From positions 3,768,263-3,832,262 of the forward strand of contig JBNZDD010013650.1 of the NCBI GenBank assembly GCA_050575255.1: 64,000 bases of DNA, read 5' to 3'. The translations under genes were made by a program, and so were the position numbers. The DNA is from Harriotta raleighana. Lineage: Eukaryota. Below the pieces are notes generated by a model. That model was not told the origin of the DNA and made no database searches. It worked only from the letters and a program-made list of their open reading frames with translations. Shown in pieces: positions 1 through 13,740 of this stretch; within the stretch, counting starts at the first letter, position 1; each line of letters starts with the position of its first letter.

Positions 1-751
1 AGAGGGATGTGAGGGGAGGGAGGAGGGACCGGGTTGGGCAGCTGGTGTAGTGGGGATGGGGATGAGGGAGGAGAGGTTAGCCCCCCGGATCTGTGGCTGG
101 TGTGGCTTGCGGCAGTGGTGTGGGATGGGGCAGTCAGTGTGGCTGCTGCTGGATAGCCAACGCCGAGTGCCACGGTGAGCCCGGCGAAGGATTCCCAGGC
201 TGGAGCAGAGGGAGGCTGTGAGGGGGTCAAGTGGGGATAGAAGGCGGGGAGGGCGGAGAGAGAGCAGGGCAGAGCGGGAGAGTTGCAGAGAGGGGGTGCA
301 GAGGGGTAGGGCGGGGGGAAAGTGGGAGAGAAGGACAGGATGGGAGTAGCGGATGGAGGGGATTGGGAGGGCAGACATTTGGGATGGTGGGGGGGCTCGG
401 GTCGGCAGCCAAAATGCGCACGCAGAGAGCCGAGAGCAAGGGATCAGTGGGGCGGCATCATCTTACAGGATGTGTGGCCATGGCTAGAGGGTGACTAGCC
501 AAGTCAGCCCTGCCATTGACACCTTTTAGAAGTTGCTGCTGCTGCCGGGTTTTTTTCCCTCCGTGGGATGCGGGCCGTGATTGCGAAGTTAAGTATAAAT
601 AATAAAGTACTAATACAATATTCTGTTATTATTTAATCTGTTATTAATATAGTAAGTATTTTTTTTTTAAATTTAAAAAACATTCAATTGGAAAATCATT
701 TAGCCACCACTGGCCAGGTCCAGTGGGTGCCGGATAAACAGGGTTTTACTG
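1..751. mobile_element. Non-autonomous Tc1/mariner-pogo (Tigger-like) DNA transposon/MITE, right part, with G-rich interior
   Basis: Ends ...GTGCCGGATAAACAGGGTTTTACTG followed by TA (752-753). 500-751 matches the copies at 57426-58051 and 58709-59530. The left boundary is not defined. Confidence 0.65.
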
Positions 752-1714
752 TACCCTATTCTATAAAATGTCCTCCTCCCTATTGAAATCAAGATTAATT
801 GCATAATCTCCTACTCCAACTCTTTACTTCTCAGGTCTTCACAGCTTTGGATCTCCACATCTTCAGCATTTTTCCTCCAACATTATACAGACTTTCAAAA
901 CAAAGCTTGGCATCGCCCAATTCTTGCTTTATCTTAATTTCCCTCCTATGTTTTTCAGTCGGGTTGACATTCTGATATTTTGGATTCATTCTTTAAAAAT
1001 ATTTGACCTCTGCAAATTGGGCCAACTTGTGCCAAGTTTTCTCCACTGTTCCAACTTTCAGCTAAGATTGTTAGAATTATGACACACATTGGTAATTTGG
1101 CTGCCCATCAGACACAAACCAAATTTAAGGCCAAACTTTGCAACCTAAATTGCAGTGGTGAAGGAGGGAATAGCTCAGTGTATTGATGGCTTCATCATAC
1201 ATATTCCCATTAGTCACATATTCTTGGTTCACATACTATAACCCCACAAAAACTCTGTGAATGTTCTCCCAATGACTCAAAATATTTTGAAGCAAATGGC
1301 AATTTTCTGTTGACTAGTTATTAAATAGTTGGTTGCTTGCACTTACATGATGCCAACAGACCACAATTGGCAGTTGCTAAACTAGCCATCGGTGTTTCTG
1401 GCTTCATCAGAAATATAGAATTGTTTGGGGATATTCTGAAATCTCCCAACCAAAGTTTTTTGTGTGTTCTCAAACTATTGGAGCAAACATAAGAAATTTA
1501 CAATGATTTTGTTCAGGATTCAAGGACCTCTTAAATTAAAAATCAATGGGATAGAAAACTCTATAAAATGTGACATATGAAGCCAAATTCCAGCAAAAGC
1601 CATCGACCACTAAAGGGTTAACCTCTGGGTCCAGAACTGAGCAAAGATGCATTACTGCAATAGCTCGGTTATTATGTTGGGCAGCACATGCAGCAGGTGG
1701 ACAATGTTACCAAC

Positions 1715-1747
1715 CTTCGAATGAGTTCATGGAGCGTCCTGGGTAGG
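1715..1747 (-). CDS. SRL: Probable 33-nt SRL micro-exon, (A)YPGRSMNSFE(D)
   Basis: Long polypyrimidine tract + ctaacAG acceptor, GAAG|GTTGGT donor, symmetric phase 1-1, open frame. It falls right after ...RQHEIT, where I recall an AYPGR-type insert in non-mammalian SRL isoforms. Confidence 0.7.
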
Positions 1748-2329
1748 CTGTTAGCATTGAGAGGAAGAAAGAAGGCAAAAATAAGTGGAGTCAAGCAAAT
1801 GGGATTACTGTCACTGGTCAGAAAGCGAAACCAATGAAAAGATAAGACAAGAAAGAAGAGCTTCAGTTATCTGCTGAGGAGGCACAAATGATGACGGCAA
1901 AATGTTCAACAAATATGTAAGAAAAAAATTATAAAATGTAAATCCTGGGTGGTTTAGATACTTTCCATCTAATTTTACATTGAACCTGCAAACAGTGATG
2001 CATATATACAGTATTTGATGATCCAATTGAACACTATAGAGGTGTCCAAATTGCCTTGTCCATATAATAAGAGATTAGTGCACTTCTGATATTTGCCACT
2101 AGATGTTAATGCTACATTTGATTATTCATATATCCTTAATTATTCACAAAGAAAGTACATAGGAAGCGAAGAATCCAAAACCCACTCCACATGTTCAACA
2201 TTGAACTCCTTACCATCTTCTAGGCTAATAAAGACAAAATGACTATCAGTGTGTTCGCCAATAACGCAATAACTGATTGACGTAGAGACATGATTTATAC
2301 CTCATTGGAACGGTCTTGCATAGGGTAGT

Positions 2330-2905
2330 GTCATGAGCATATGGCTCGACTACAGCAACTCCCTCCTTGTCGTCCTCCCCAACTCTTCCGTCCACAAACT
2401 GCAGATCATCCAAAACTCTGCAGCTCTTGTCCTCTCCCATAATACCGGGCTCTGCGACCCCATCACCCCCATCCTCACCCAGCTCCACTGGCTCCCCATC
2501 GCTCAGAGGATCAAATTCATGATCCTCGTCCTTACTTTCAAGGTCCTTGCCCCCTCCTACCCCTCTGACCTGCTGCCCCCTATCAACCTATCTGCTCCCT
2601 CCATTCGCCAGGCTTCAGCCTGTTTCATGTCTTCCGCCCAACCCGTCCTACCATTGGCAGGCGGGCTTTCAGCCTCTTCACATTTTGGAACTCCATTCCA
2701 ACAATCCCTTTACCTTGCTCCCTCCCTTGCTTTCTTCAAGGACGGTCTCAAGACTCTCCTCTTCGATCGTGCCTTGAGCCTCATCCTCACATGCTCTCCC
2801 TCATCCTAACCCTGCCTCCCCCATGCTCGGGTCCTGACCCCTGACTATTCAATTCCTTGATCCACCTGACATGAAAGGCACTCTACAAATGTAATTTGGG
2901 TGTTG
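2330..2905 (+). mobile_element. L2-clade LINE 3' fragment (ORF2 C-terminus + tail)
   Basis: Translation LDYSNSLL..LQIIQNSAA..ITPILTQLHWLPIAQRIKF..FKDGLKTLLF is the typical L2 ORF2 end. Confidence 0.85.
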
Positions 2906-3016
2906 TTTTGGAGGAATCTCCTATCGTAATATAAAGTATAATAATCTAATATTTAAAAAAATCTAATATATAGTGTTATATAATATAAGAATACTGATAT
3001 ATACATTCTATATTGC

Positions 3017-3308
3017 AATAATAATAATGCTTGCATTTAATATAGCATTTTTCACGTCTTCTAGGTGTCTCAAAGAGGTTCACAGAATATACTGTAAAGT
3101 GAAGTGAATTGACTGTGGGCGAAACGCGGCAGCTAATTGCATACAGCAGTGTCCCACAGACAGTTGTGCATTGAAATGACCAATGTATTGTTTTTTTGAG
3201 GGATTATTATCAGGCATGTGGAGTAAGGAAATTTGCCCAAATTCTCGCCCTGCCGGGAATTTAACCCAGGTCTCTCACTTGTAAGGCGAATGCTCTAACC
3301 ACTGAGCT
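3017..3308 (-). mobile_element. tRNA-headed SINE with L2-like 3' tail
   Basis: Reverse complement matches the copies at 44613, 49994 and 61572 (AGCTCAGTGGTTAGAGCA head, (ATT)n tail). Confidence 0.8.
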
Positions 3309-4359
3309 TTGGTTGTGAGCATAGCTGCAACTTGTAGTTAGTTGGATTGTAAAAAAAAAAGATGAGTAAGTGTAAAATCCCAGACATGTTGTGTATATGC
3401 AATTTCACTAGACATTCTATCACTGGTGGTACACATTGCATTGTTGTTACATTTGGCAACATGAGGCATTTTCAATAACTCATCATTTCAAAACACAACA
3501 ACAACAAAATTACAGTTTCAGAGCTCCTTTCATGTTGGTAGGATGTCCCAAGGCACAGAACTGTCATGGGTCAGGACAATTCCTAATTTACAGATATTTC
3601 TACCTACAGTACAACCAATAACTTCCTCTCCCAATTTTCCATCTTTCTTTTGCTATTCCACAGGCGTAGGGTACCTTCTAGTACACAACCGAAAATGTGA
3701 GTCTAAACGAAATATGTCTAGATCATTCAACTTTGGGGCCATAACATCTGAATCTGATCCATCACCAAGGTCTACAATTTTACCAACTGACTGAATTTCA
3801 AGCCCCTTGTGTCTACAGACTTTCCAGTGATCATACTTTATACTGATTAGGTATACAAAATCCCTATTAACTCTATACACATATACAAGGTCGAATCTCT
3901 GACTTCCTAGACTTTATGGATTATTATCACAACACAAAGTGCTTTACCACATTTTATCAACCTTTACATTTACTTGGGAAAATCCTTCCAATCTGTAGTT
4001 CAAACTTTAATTTAAAAATTCTGATTTGTTATTCTAAATGGATCAAGGGATTGCATGAATCAAAAGCATGAATCTTTGAATATAACAGTTTATGTTTAAA
4101 AGGGTTTTGAAAGCAGAAAGTTGCAGAGGAATCAGCAGTAAACTCGGAACAGGATTTGGATGTGCAACTGTGTAGCTCAGATAATTTTGTAATAACCCAC
4201 TGAGCCATCAGAAGATCCCGTACTGTGGAGTTCTGGAATCTGTGCAACACTAGCTATCCTGATATTGGGGAAAGGTGTAGTGATGAGTAACGAATACTTG
4301 ATCTTAAGAACCAGAACTATAAGGAGGGTCCGGGAACTGGGAATATTTCCGACAAACAA

Positions 4360-4860
4360 CAAATAACATTTGTATAATGTTTCACATCAGGAGGATGTTC
4401 CAAGGTGCTGGACAATCAGGGATCCGCACCCAAGCTGGTGGTTGGGATCAGGAGGGCAGGGAGGGTAAGGTTAGAAGGGTGACCAAAGGCATGGTTGAAG
4501 AAGAGGATCTTGAAGGAGCAAGGAAATGGGTGAGGAAGACGGACAATGATGGGACAGATAGACTGAAGACCCGCATGCTAATTGGGGCAGAGAGACTGAA
4601 GGCCCGCATGCTAATGGTGGGGCAGGCAAGGCGGGGGATATGAACCAGGCCAGAGCCTAGTGAGTAGAGAGAGCGAATACGTTGGTAAGGAGTTAGTAGG
4701 TCATCACAGAGGTAGGGAGGAGCAATATCATGGAAGACTTTGAAGGTGAGGACAAGGATCTTGAACTGTATCCTCTGAGTGATGGGGAGCCAGTAGAGCC
4801 GGACAAGGATGGGTATGGTAGGGTGACGGAGATAGAAAGGGTGATAGATGGACACCTTCC
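4360..4860 (-). mobile_element. L2-clade LINE 3' fragment
   Basis: ORF 4448-4855 gives LYWLPITQRIQFKILVLTFKVFHDIAPPYL..RAFSLSAP. Confidence 0.85.
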
Positions 4861-5149
4861 ATTTCGTTATCAGTAGCCAAACTTTTAGATTAATATAATA
4901 ATATTATTTGAACTATTAGTTTAGATTACTGCCTGCAGACATATCGAATAATTTATCAAATTTTATTCCCAGATTTCAGTAAGTGTTTCAGTAGCAAATG
5001 CACAGACAATGTTCTTCATTCATTACATCTTCACATTAGCATTCTCCATTTGGTTATTCTAAGCAAAGACATTATTTGGTTGTGACGTTCCCACAAAATG
5101 GTTTGGAGCATTTTATACAGATTCCAGCCTGTGCTGGTGATGTTGGTTA

Positions 5150-5287
<138 letters not shown>

Positions 5288-5894
5288 TCAGTGTGACACA
5301 GTAACCCTATCACAAGAATAAAACACACATTTTCAAAACTTACTTTTCTGTTCCCCTTAAACATGTACCAGCATTAAACATACAACGGTAGTGTTTTTCA
5401 CTTGTAGAAGCACCTCAATCTATGGAGGAATTAGTAAATGATGTTATTAATGAATCCATGGTTGGGGGTTCAAACACTACATCGGGATTTAAGCTTATAG
5501 TCTCATGTGTATATCCAGTGGCCTGCTGGTGGGGGAGCTATATTTTTCAGATGGATATTAACGATCCCATGAACAGATTATATGAACAGAGAAAGGAGTT
5601 TCTTCCAGCATCCAAGCCAACAGTCTACCAAACTATTTAGTCATGACTGTTTATGGGACATTGCTAGCAAAAATGGTTGTGATTTTGCTTACGCTCGTAT
5701 TCCCTCACTTTTTCTCACTGAATGAGACAGAAGAGGGAATAGAGTCCCATCTGACAAATTCAGATCACACAGCCAAGCAGCTGATGAAGAGATTCACCAC
5801 AAACAGCATCTTTGCCAAATGGTCTAGCTGAATCCAGTACTATTTTATAAAGCAAACATCAAAATTCTCTTCTTATTCCAATCAATCTGCTTAC

Positions 5895-6017
5895 TAGAGT
5901 AATCATCAGATGGAGTGGCCTCATTCAGTCGGAGGGTCTTGTCAATATGGGAGCGATCCCTGAAGGACAGGTTCAGCTGAGGGTCTGACTCCGCTTCCAC
6001 ATTTTCCTCTTCGCCAT
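5895..6017 (-). CDS. SRL: Sarcalumenin coding exon (DGEEENVEAESDPQLNLSFRDRSHIDKTLRLNEATPSDDYS)
   Basis: RDRSHIDKTLRLNE..PSDDYS matches SRL [22 protein letters not shown]. cccacAG acceptor, A|GTAAGC donor, 123 nt. Confidence 0.95.
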
Positions 6018-7817
6018 CTGTGGGACAAAGCAACATTGTACAGTACCAATTTCAGGCAGGAGTAAACCATTAGTCCTTTCAACTTCCTAAAATAGATTCC
6101 TTACAAGTATTTACCCAACATCTGAATCTTTTTCCATTTTCAGGAACTTGTCTAGTTCTTTTTTGTATCCCTTTGAAAGACATGAACGTTTATTTAATCT
6201 TCACCTGTAAAACCATTTTGTCTTAAAATTTAAGCTTGTGTGGAATTATTGAATTTTTAAAAATTCAGCCTTCATTTGGAAGTTAATTTGAGGAATTTGG
6301 GAAAATAAGCTTCCAAATAATACTGGATTTAAGAATTTTCCTCTCTGCGTGTGATCTTATATTTTAAGACAAAATTACCTTATGGTCCTCGACCAGATGT
6401 AATTTCGGGCCTTTAGTACGTTGTTCTACCACCTGTGCTGGTAATTTGTTTCACTTGTCCAGCACCATTAGATTAAAACAAATCTCTTGCACATCTTACT
6501 CAATTTTGTTTTTCTTATTTTTAAACTATTGGATGACCTCTTGTCGTTTTTATTTAAATGGAAAAACAAAATTTGTATCTATCCTGCATATTAAATTACT
6601 GTGAAGTAATTTAACTTGAGCTCTATTTGCCTTCTCTCTACTGTGCTATTGTTGTTGCTCCATTGTGATCCAGTTGCTGTACTGTCACCATGTAAAACTG
6701 ACCCAGGAAGTCAGCTAGTAAGGTCACAAAAGTGACATCCCTTACTTGTAATGCATATAAAACTTCATACATACACACTCAACTGTATGAAAAAACTACA
6801 GATATCTCTAGATAACTCATCTCCCCAGAAGAAAAGGGCTTAGCAACTATTTATCTGGAGTGACGAGTTAGACATAGGTCCTCCCGGGCCACAAAGGATT
6901 CTGTGACTGTTCAGGCATTCAAAAGAGATTGGGAACACATGCTCAGATGCATTACAGAGGCCTATTGTCTAATGGAGGGGTGTACCATGGCCTCCCACCC
7001 CGCCTACCACCCAATCCTGTCAAACGGCCCTTCCAACTTTGCCAAATCGATCAGACAGAAAAGTGCCATGCCACATCCATCTTGCCTCTGGTAAGGGACC
7101 TGAAAATTGTTCAGGTGGCAAGGTGGAGGACAAAATGCCACAGTGCAACCCTGCAATAGGCCAGAGGCCTAAGAATGCATGCCCAAACTCTGCCGAGCAT
7201 CCACACAAGTTACAGAATAGGGCAGGAGGTTTCTGCGATACAAGATGCCATCTTATAGGATGAATTATCCAAAGTAAAGTACTTACAGGAATTTCTAGAA
7301 TGTAACTAATTACATGTTAAGTGGAGTAACAAGTAAAGCTGAGTCAGTTATTAACATTTTGCATTGGAAGCTTCTGGGATAATGACACCATGGCTACTTA
7401 TGTGGCAGTGGAAAATTAAGCCAGATTTTTGTTATCAGGAGTTTACTGTATGTGAACAAGTAAAGATAGATTTATTTAATGGTTGAATTCAGACTGTACA
7501 ATGTTTAGTCATGAGCAGTGATTAATGATAGAGGAATATTTCTTAAAGAACTCACCAGATGTTGGTGACAAAGCAAACAGGAAAACCAGATAATCACAAA
7601 CCACACTGCAGCTCAAGCAATGCTGGGAAACAGTTCTTTGAAATTAATATTGATGATATTAGTGACATCTCAAGCAAAAATGCAAATCAAGTCTATTTCT
7701 GGCTATTAGTATAGGTAATTTATGTGGAGTTATATAAGGTTTACTGGGGAAAAGTAAAGAAATAAAAAAATTCCACAGATGAATTTTAATGCACAACATT
7801 CAGTATTGTTTGGTTAC

Positions 7818-9299
7818 GTTTGTTATTCTGTTCCTCGAAGGTTAGAGGTTCAGATTTCTCCTGCTTGTAGTGAGCCCTCTGTGACTCAGTGTCACTCTTG
7901 CTATTAGTCTGTTTTTGTGACAGTCTACTGCTGTCATCGTCTTCTTCATTTCTAAACTCTAGGAAAGAACTAGTCAATGGTTCTTTGGTAGTGAAGCTGG
8001 GGCCTCTGATCTCCTCATCAGCCACCTCATCATCTTCTACAGGTTTTTTATTCTTCTCTTCTGACTCAGACATTGTTGTTACCAATTGTTCTCCCTCATC
8101 TCCACTGTCTTCAGATTCAAAACCAATGTTTGTTACACTGTCTTCCACTTCCTCATTGTTATCAAAGATTTGTGTAGGTTCAGAACTTCCAACAGTATCC
8201 GGTTTATCTTCCATTTCTTTACCATGTTCCCGTTTTTCTTCAAAATCATCTGCTTCATTGGTTTCCTTATTATTGGTATGCTCTTCCGATTCCTCACCAA
8301 GCAGTTCTAGCTTCTTAGTTAACAATTTCTTATCAGCTTCATGCTGAAGATCACCATTATCTCCTTCATTGGGTTCATCCTTTCTGTTCTTGATATCCAC
8401 TTCAGAATCACTATTTTCTTCATGATCATCCATTGTTTCATCTTTCAGAATAATAGCTTTGATTTCCTGTTCTCTATTCAACTCCAGACGCTCATCTCCC
8501 ATTTCTTCAAGATCACTAACTGTTTTCTCCAAAGGCTGTTCTTCAACATCAGTCTTCCGTTCAAAATCATCCCCAAACTGCAGGTAATGCCCTTCATTAC
8601 TATTTGTTTCAAGAATTGTGTTTTCTGTTCTGTCTTCATAATCTGCCGCAGGATTGCTGGTTTCATCTTCTGATGGCTCTTTTAGATTGCCACCTCTACC
8701 CTCACGAGTTTCATTTGCAGATTCTTCCAGCAATGTTCCAACATTTTGGGTGTCACGGCCAACATTATTGGTGGTTCCTGTATTGTTAATGTCCGGGACT
8801 TGGGCTTTTAAACCAACACTTTCCTTACCAGCAAAAAAACCATTCCCATCCTCAGTAATGAAGTCACTTGGTTCATCCTGCATGCTTAACTCATCTTCGT
8901 TTACAAGCATCTCCTCAGTGTCTACTGTATCATTCTTTGAGTTGTCTTCCTTGCTTTTAGAGTCTTCTTGATTTGCATCAGTAACAACCATATTGTCCCT
9001 TATAGTAGTGCATCTTGAACACACCAGTGTGCAGTGGTCAGTATGCGATTCTGTATTTTCTTTCTGCTTAATGCTTTCCTTGGTTGCATCAGATCCCCTT
9101 TTGGGAATATACGATCCAGGAACTGAACTGTCATTAGGTCCTGAATCAGTTTGTGATGGAAATATATCATCGCCAGTCTGCTGCTCCCCATCATAAAGTG
9201 TCTCATCAATCATGTCAGTATCTGGGTCTCCAGCCAAGACTTCACGTTCTGCCAGACTGCCAACATCATCACTGTTGGGTTTGGTGAAAACTTGCAGCT
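7818..9299 (-). CDS. SRL: Sarcalumenin large acidic (Ca2+-binding) alternative exon, ~494 codons; 3' boundary uncertain
   Basis: Long D/E-rich open frame (ORF 7786-9237). Acceptor catttAG|AG CTG CAA GTT gives ELQV directly after the signal peptide, as in the long mammalian isoform. The best phase-1 donor found near the end of the frame is a weak AAC|GTAACC at 7817. Confidence 0.8.
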
Positions 9300-9369
9300 C
9301 TAAATGGTCAGAATATTATCAGTCAGTATGAAATGGGATGTTTTCCATCAACATAATTCAGAGAAAAAT

Positions 9370-9720
9370 GTTCCCTCGATGGACTAGTGGGTAAACACCT
9401 GGTGTAGATTTATACAGAGGGTCACAGGTTCAAATACGGCCTATACTTAGTTAGCTGATCTCACCCAGATCAGTAGTTGGGGCCACGGTTGGCCTGGGTA
9501 CCAGAGGGCTATCGAGAGGGAAATAAATCAGCCAGGGTTTCTGCTCTTGATAATTGTCCAGTAATTCCTGCTGGGAGAGGTTTGTATATGGTCATTAGGT
9601 GAAGATAGGATTGGAATTGGTTGTGATACCTTTTTATGGTTGAATATTCTATCAGCCCTCAGAGTCTGGGCCCATAAATGGAGAATGACCACTTGGCAAA
9701 GAACCCCAGCAGGAGTTAGG
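9370..9720 (+). mobile_element. Old SINE-like interspersed repeat (family unassigned)
   Basis: Motif chain GAGTTAGCTGATCTCA..TTGGCCT..AATCAGCCAGGGTT..CCAGT..GGTGAAGATAGGAT recurs in degenerate form near 19.3, 43.8, 46.0, 47.7 and 48.6 kb. Confidence 0.6.
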
Positions 9721-12700
9721 AGCTTCAGGAGTAGAGAAGGAAGAAATGTGGCAAAAAAGTAATTCAGAGAGAAAATAAATAGTGCAAGAAATGTGTTATA
9801 GACACAGAAACACAATGCAGAGAACGCCATGGCCAACATTAGGAGGAATCAAGCCTAACCAATACTGAGATTTGTGTCAGTTAGTGGCAGGATTCTAGTT
9901 TATTAAAAACATTAACATTGGAATCCATAATCTATTCCATATCTTATTAATCTGTTCTCAGTCTGATTCATTACAAGGGGTACAATTTTGGCTGCAAAAC
10001 TAGTCACTACACTTGACAATGATTACTGTGACACATTGTTAGACTGCTATAAAATATAACTCTTCTACGATGGCCAACAACACTTGTACTAGTATATTAT
10101 GATCAGACCTTCTGGTACTAAATATAACACTGATCAATTGGGAGTCAGAACATTTACAGATAATCCAAATTTTTATGTTAATCAGGCTGACAGTTAAAAG
10201 AACCAAGGAGGTCAATTTTTACAAGAGATTACAAATGCATATTAATTGAATTCTAATCCTTATTGGAATTCTCATCTCAATAATTTGATATTTATACCTG
10301 GGACAAGAGTTCAATTTCCAGAGTATATGTGTACAAAGCACTCACTATTTTCCTGCATCTACTTGATTGGAAGTGAATGGAACAACGCTGAAGTCAGTGG
10401 GACAGGTTCTGCACTTTCTCTGCTCTTCTGGGCAATGTGCAGTGAGTCCTCTTTTTTTTGCTACATTCACCACAGTTGCTAGACGCTCCAGCAGTTGGTA
10501 GCACAGATGGTTGTGGAATACTTTCCTTCTCAACTGCACGCTGAATATATGGCACTTTCCATTGGTTGAGTTAGGTCTCCAGCATTTGCCTCAGCAAAGT
10601 TTATACAAAGTAGCCTAAAACTTCTCAACACTCATGACATGGCACTTTATGTTTTGGGTTGTGCCTTTGTGAGCTTCTGGTGAAATCAGATGTTTTGAAT
10701 GTGAGGATCCTAAGATCAGAATGAAGTGAAGAAACCATCTCAAGGACAAATTTTTGCTTTAAACGTTTCAGATGGTGATATTTAAAGATCTCTAATCTTG
10801 CATTCTATTCTTCAATGGCAAATTTGTGGGAATGCGTAACAGGAGTAGCCTTATCTCAGTTCAGCTGATCCTTTTCCTTTACACCAGTTTTAGTCATTAT
10901 TTTCAACATCCAAGGATGGAACTCCTCCTGCTAGCTTTTGCTATTGTGCATATCAATAAGAGCCTGTTCAGCCGACCAGGAAGTGATCTATAAACTATTA
11001 AATCTATGACATCCGTCTCAGATGGAAAACGTGCCAGGTGCAAAACTAATTGGAGTCTCAAAGTAACATCTGTACATTGTCTTGAAAAGTTGTAAATGCA
11101 GGCATGAAAAAAGCCTTTTACACAATACAGTATATGTGGAGTATTTGGCCAGTAGGTATCTTCCCTCAACAAGCTTGGTAAGGTAGATTATATTTTATAG
11201 AAGAAGTCTCTCCAAATTGGCTGCTGCATTCACCCACAAGATACACAAACACCCACAAGATACACAAACATTCCACTTTACATCATGTGAAGCACTTTGA
11301 AACTCCCAAGTGAAAGGCGCTCTATCAAATGTTAGGATTGTTAATACTTCCTCTTCATATGCATCAATTTTCTTCTTAAATGTATTGATGTTCTATATTT
11401 CAACCATAGCCTCAGACACATTCTAACCACCCACGACATAAAAATGTTCCCACTAAACAACCTTTGAGATCTGCTAATGTCTTTCCTCCCTTATTCTTGG
11501 CTCACCAATAGTAGGCCTATTCATGTCTATTTTATTGAATCATTTCATAATTTTAAAGACCTCTTATCATGTCCCCTCTCAATCAAATCTTTCTTTAGAG
11601 CTGTATTCACTCATTCCTTGGGCCATCCTCCAAATGTGAAAGGCGCTACACAAATGTAATTGTTGTTGTTGTAATAATATCCTTGTACTTTACATCTATG
11701 CTGCACTCTCAGACAAATGGAAACCACATATGTGGAACTCTCAGTAGTTTGGTTTGAAGCCCAGAATACATTGACATAAGTGCCAAATATCCAATATAAA
11801 TCACCTGAACTGCTCAATCAGATTCTAGTCTATCACTCAGTCCGTAGGATCCAGTATTCTATTTATAATGGAGACCTTTTGAATGTCTAGATTGACTTTC
11901 TCTTGGCAGTGATGTAGGGATGCACTGAGCTCACTGTCTATTCTCAGAGCAATGGAAGTGATGCTGGAAATTCACTAGCTGGGTTCCAGAGTTAGGTTGA
12001 TGGAGGAGGCAAGATGTCTTGCCAGACCAAGTATCTTGTTTATAAACAGTGTTGTAGATATCCTGACTGAATCAACAGCCTGCAACTACCTGTAACATTT
12101 TATTATTTCCATACTCTCTCCGGAAGATACTGGGGTACAGACCAACAGATACCAGTCATGTTCCAGTAACTCATCCAAGTGATACTCTTCACACATCAGT
12201 CTGGACAGAGAATATTGGTGTGATATACAGCTGAGCCCAATCTTGCTTCTGAAATTCCACTTAGTACAAGACCATTTTGTCTTCAACTTTAAATTCAATC
12301 TTTAGTTTGGAAGTCAGTTTTTTTATGAGCTGCTGGGAACTGATTTAGTAATTAAGACTGTATTTAAGAACCTTCTATGATTTTAAATTTTAAGACAAAC
12401 AATCTTAAGAAAGTTTAGCACTCCTATCCACACCCAAACTTGATGATGGAACGTAGGACTTTCAACATCTACCTGGCCCCATAGTATCCTGGATTCAACT
12501 ACTGAGGAAATTATGCTGAAAAATTGTTAATTCAGTTGCTATTGTGAAGTTTCAAAACTAGCAGGCTTTAAATATTACACTAGATTAACAGAATATCTTT
12601 GCAGCAAGTTGTGAATGATATTGGAAATACCCAATAATAGTTACATCTAGTTAACTAATAATAGTTAGCTCTAATATCACCCCTGTCATCATCAGATCAC

Positions 12701-13140
12701 CAGAAAAGCTTCAGTCACTTTTAGACTCCAACATCAGTCTCACAATTGTTTCTGACCACTTCTATATTTTATTGCTCTAAACTTTAATCTTGTTCCTTTA
12801 AAGCTCCAAATCCCCCAATCCACTTGCTCCTTTCCTGTCTTTCTTTTACTACATTGAAATCAAGGCTCACTGCATCATCTTTAATTCATTCTTTCCCAAA
12901 ACATCGAGACTGTACAAGTCCTCAGTTATATCAGTTTCCCCTTCTTCCTACATCCTATCGGCTTTTAAAGCCCAGGGTTTTACATCACCTAACCATAAGT
13001 TCATAATGTAAGTACTCCAGTCTTACTTTGATTTTAGCCATGTTGATGTCCATCGCTGTGCAGCTTGAACCCTTGCATAGGTGGTGAAAATAATTGTAAT
13101 TCAACTAGTGTTCAAACTGAGATCAGCTCATTCATCATAT

Positions 13141-13740
13141 AGAGGGCCGGGAGAGCACCCAGCCTCCCAGTAGGGAGGTGGATCAGCAGATGCATCCGCT
13201 GGGATCGATGGCCTGGTTCCCGCCTTTTTGAAGGTGGTTCAGGCGGGCGTCGAGGACAGAGAGCTGGACTGTTGTTGATTGTTGTTTCTTCTGTTTTTGC
13301 TTATTGTTGTTGATGATGTTTGTTGTTGTTGTTTGGCTCCCCCCCTGCCCCCTGACATTGTCCCTTTTTCCCCCTTTCTTCCCTGGCCCCATTTCCGTGT
13401 GTGTTTGTGGGGACACTGCTGTGCGCATTTTGGCTGCCGCGTTTCTCCCCAGATATACACCTGGTTTTCCTTCTCTCTTCCTCCTACCCCAACCCCTCCC
13501 CTTGCCCTCTTTCCCCCTTTCATCCCTGGCCCTCTCGCTTCCATGACTGTTTGTGGGACAATGCTGTGCGCAATTTGGCTGCCGCGTTTCGCCCACAAAT
13601 ATACAGTCAGTATTTTCCTGCTTTTCTTCCCCCGACCCCTCCCCACACTTGACTGTACAGCGCCTTGGGACGTCCTCCTGACGTGAAAGGCGCTATATAA
13701 ATACAATAAATAAAAATAAATAAATAAATTAAATAAATAT
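13141..13740 (+). mobile_element. Young CpG-rich non-LTR retroelement 3' fragment with duplicated core and (AATA)n tail
   Basis: Two copies of GTTTGTGGG..TGCTGTGCGCA..TTGGCTGCCGCGTTT, tail GTGAAAGGCGCTATATAAAT(AATA)n, and ATATAG at both junctions. Confidence 0.7.

Noticed and set aside
1345-1370. WSVG-coding stretch resembling the SRL P-loop exon (GPWSVGKS)
   Set aside because: Context is QLWSVGIM followed by a stop, with no further similarity; the real exon must lie beyond position 1.
6890-7263. GC-richer block with several overlapping ORFs in an SRL intron
   Set aside because: No recognisable protein motif or splice pattern; probably an unclassified repeat fragment.
7556-7625. Possible extra small SRL exon ending at a G|GTGAGT donor
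   Set aside because: No in-frame ATG or phase-1 acceptor found; no SRL similarity.
7889-9196. Several plus-strand Ser/Phe/Leu-rich ORFs
   Set aside because: Antisense shadows of the purine-rich SRL acidic exon.
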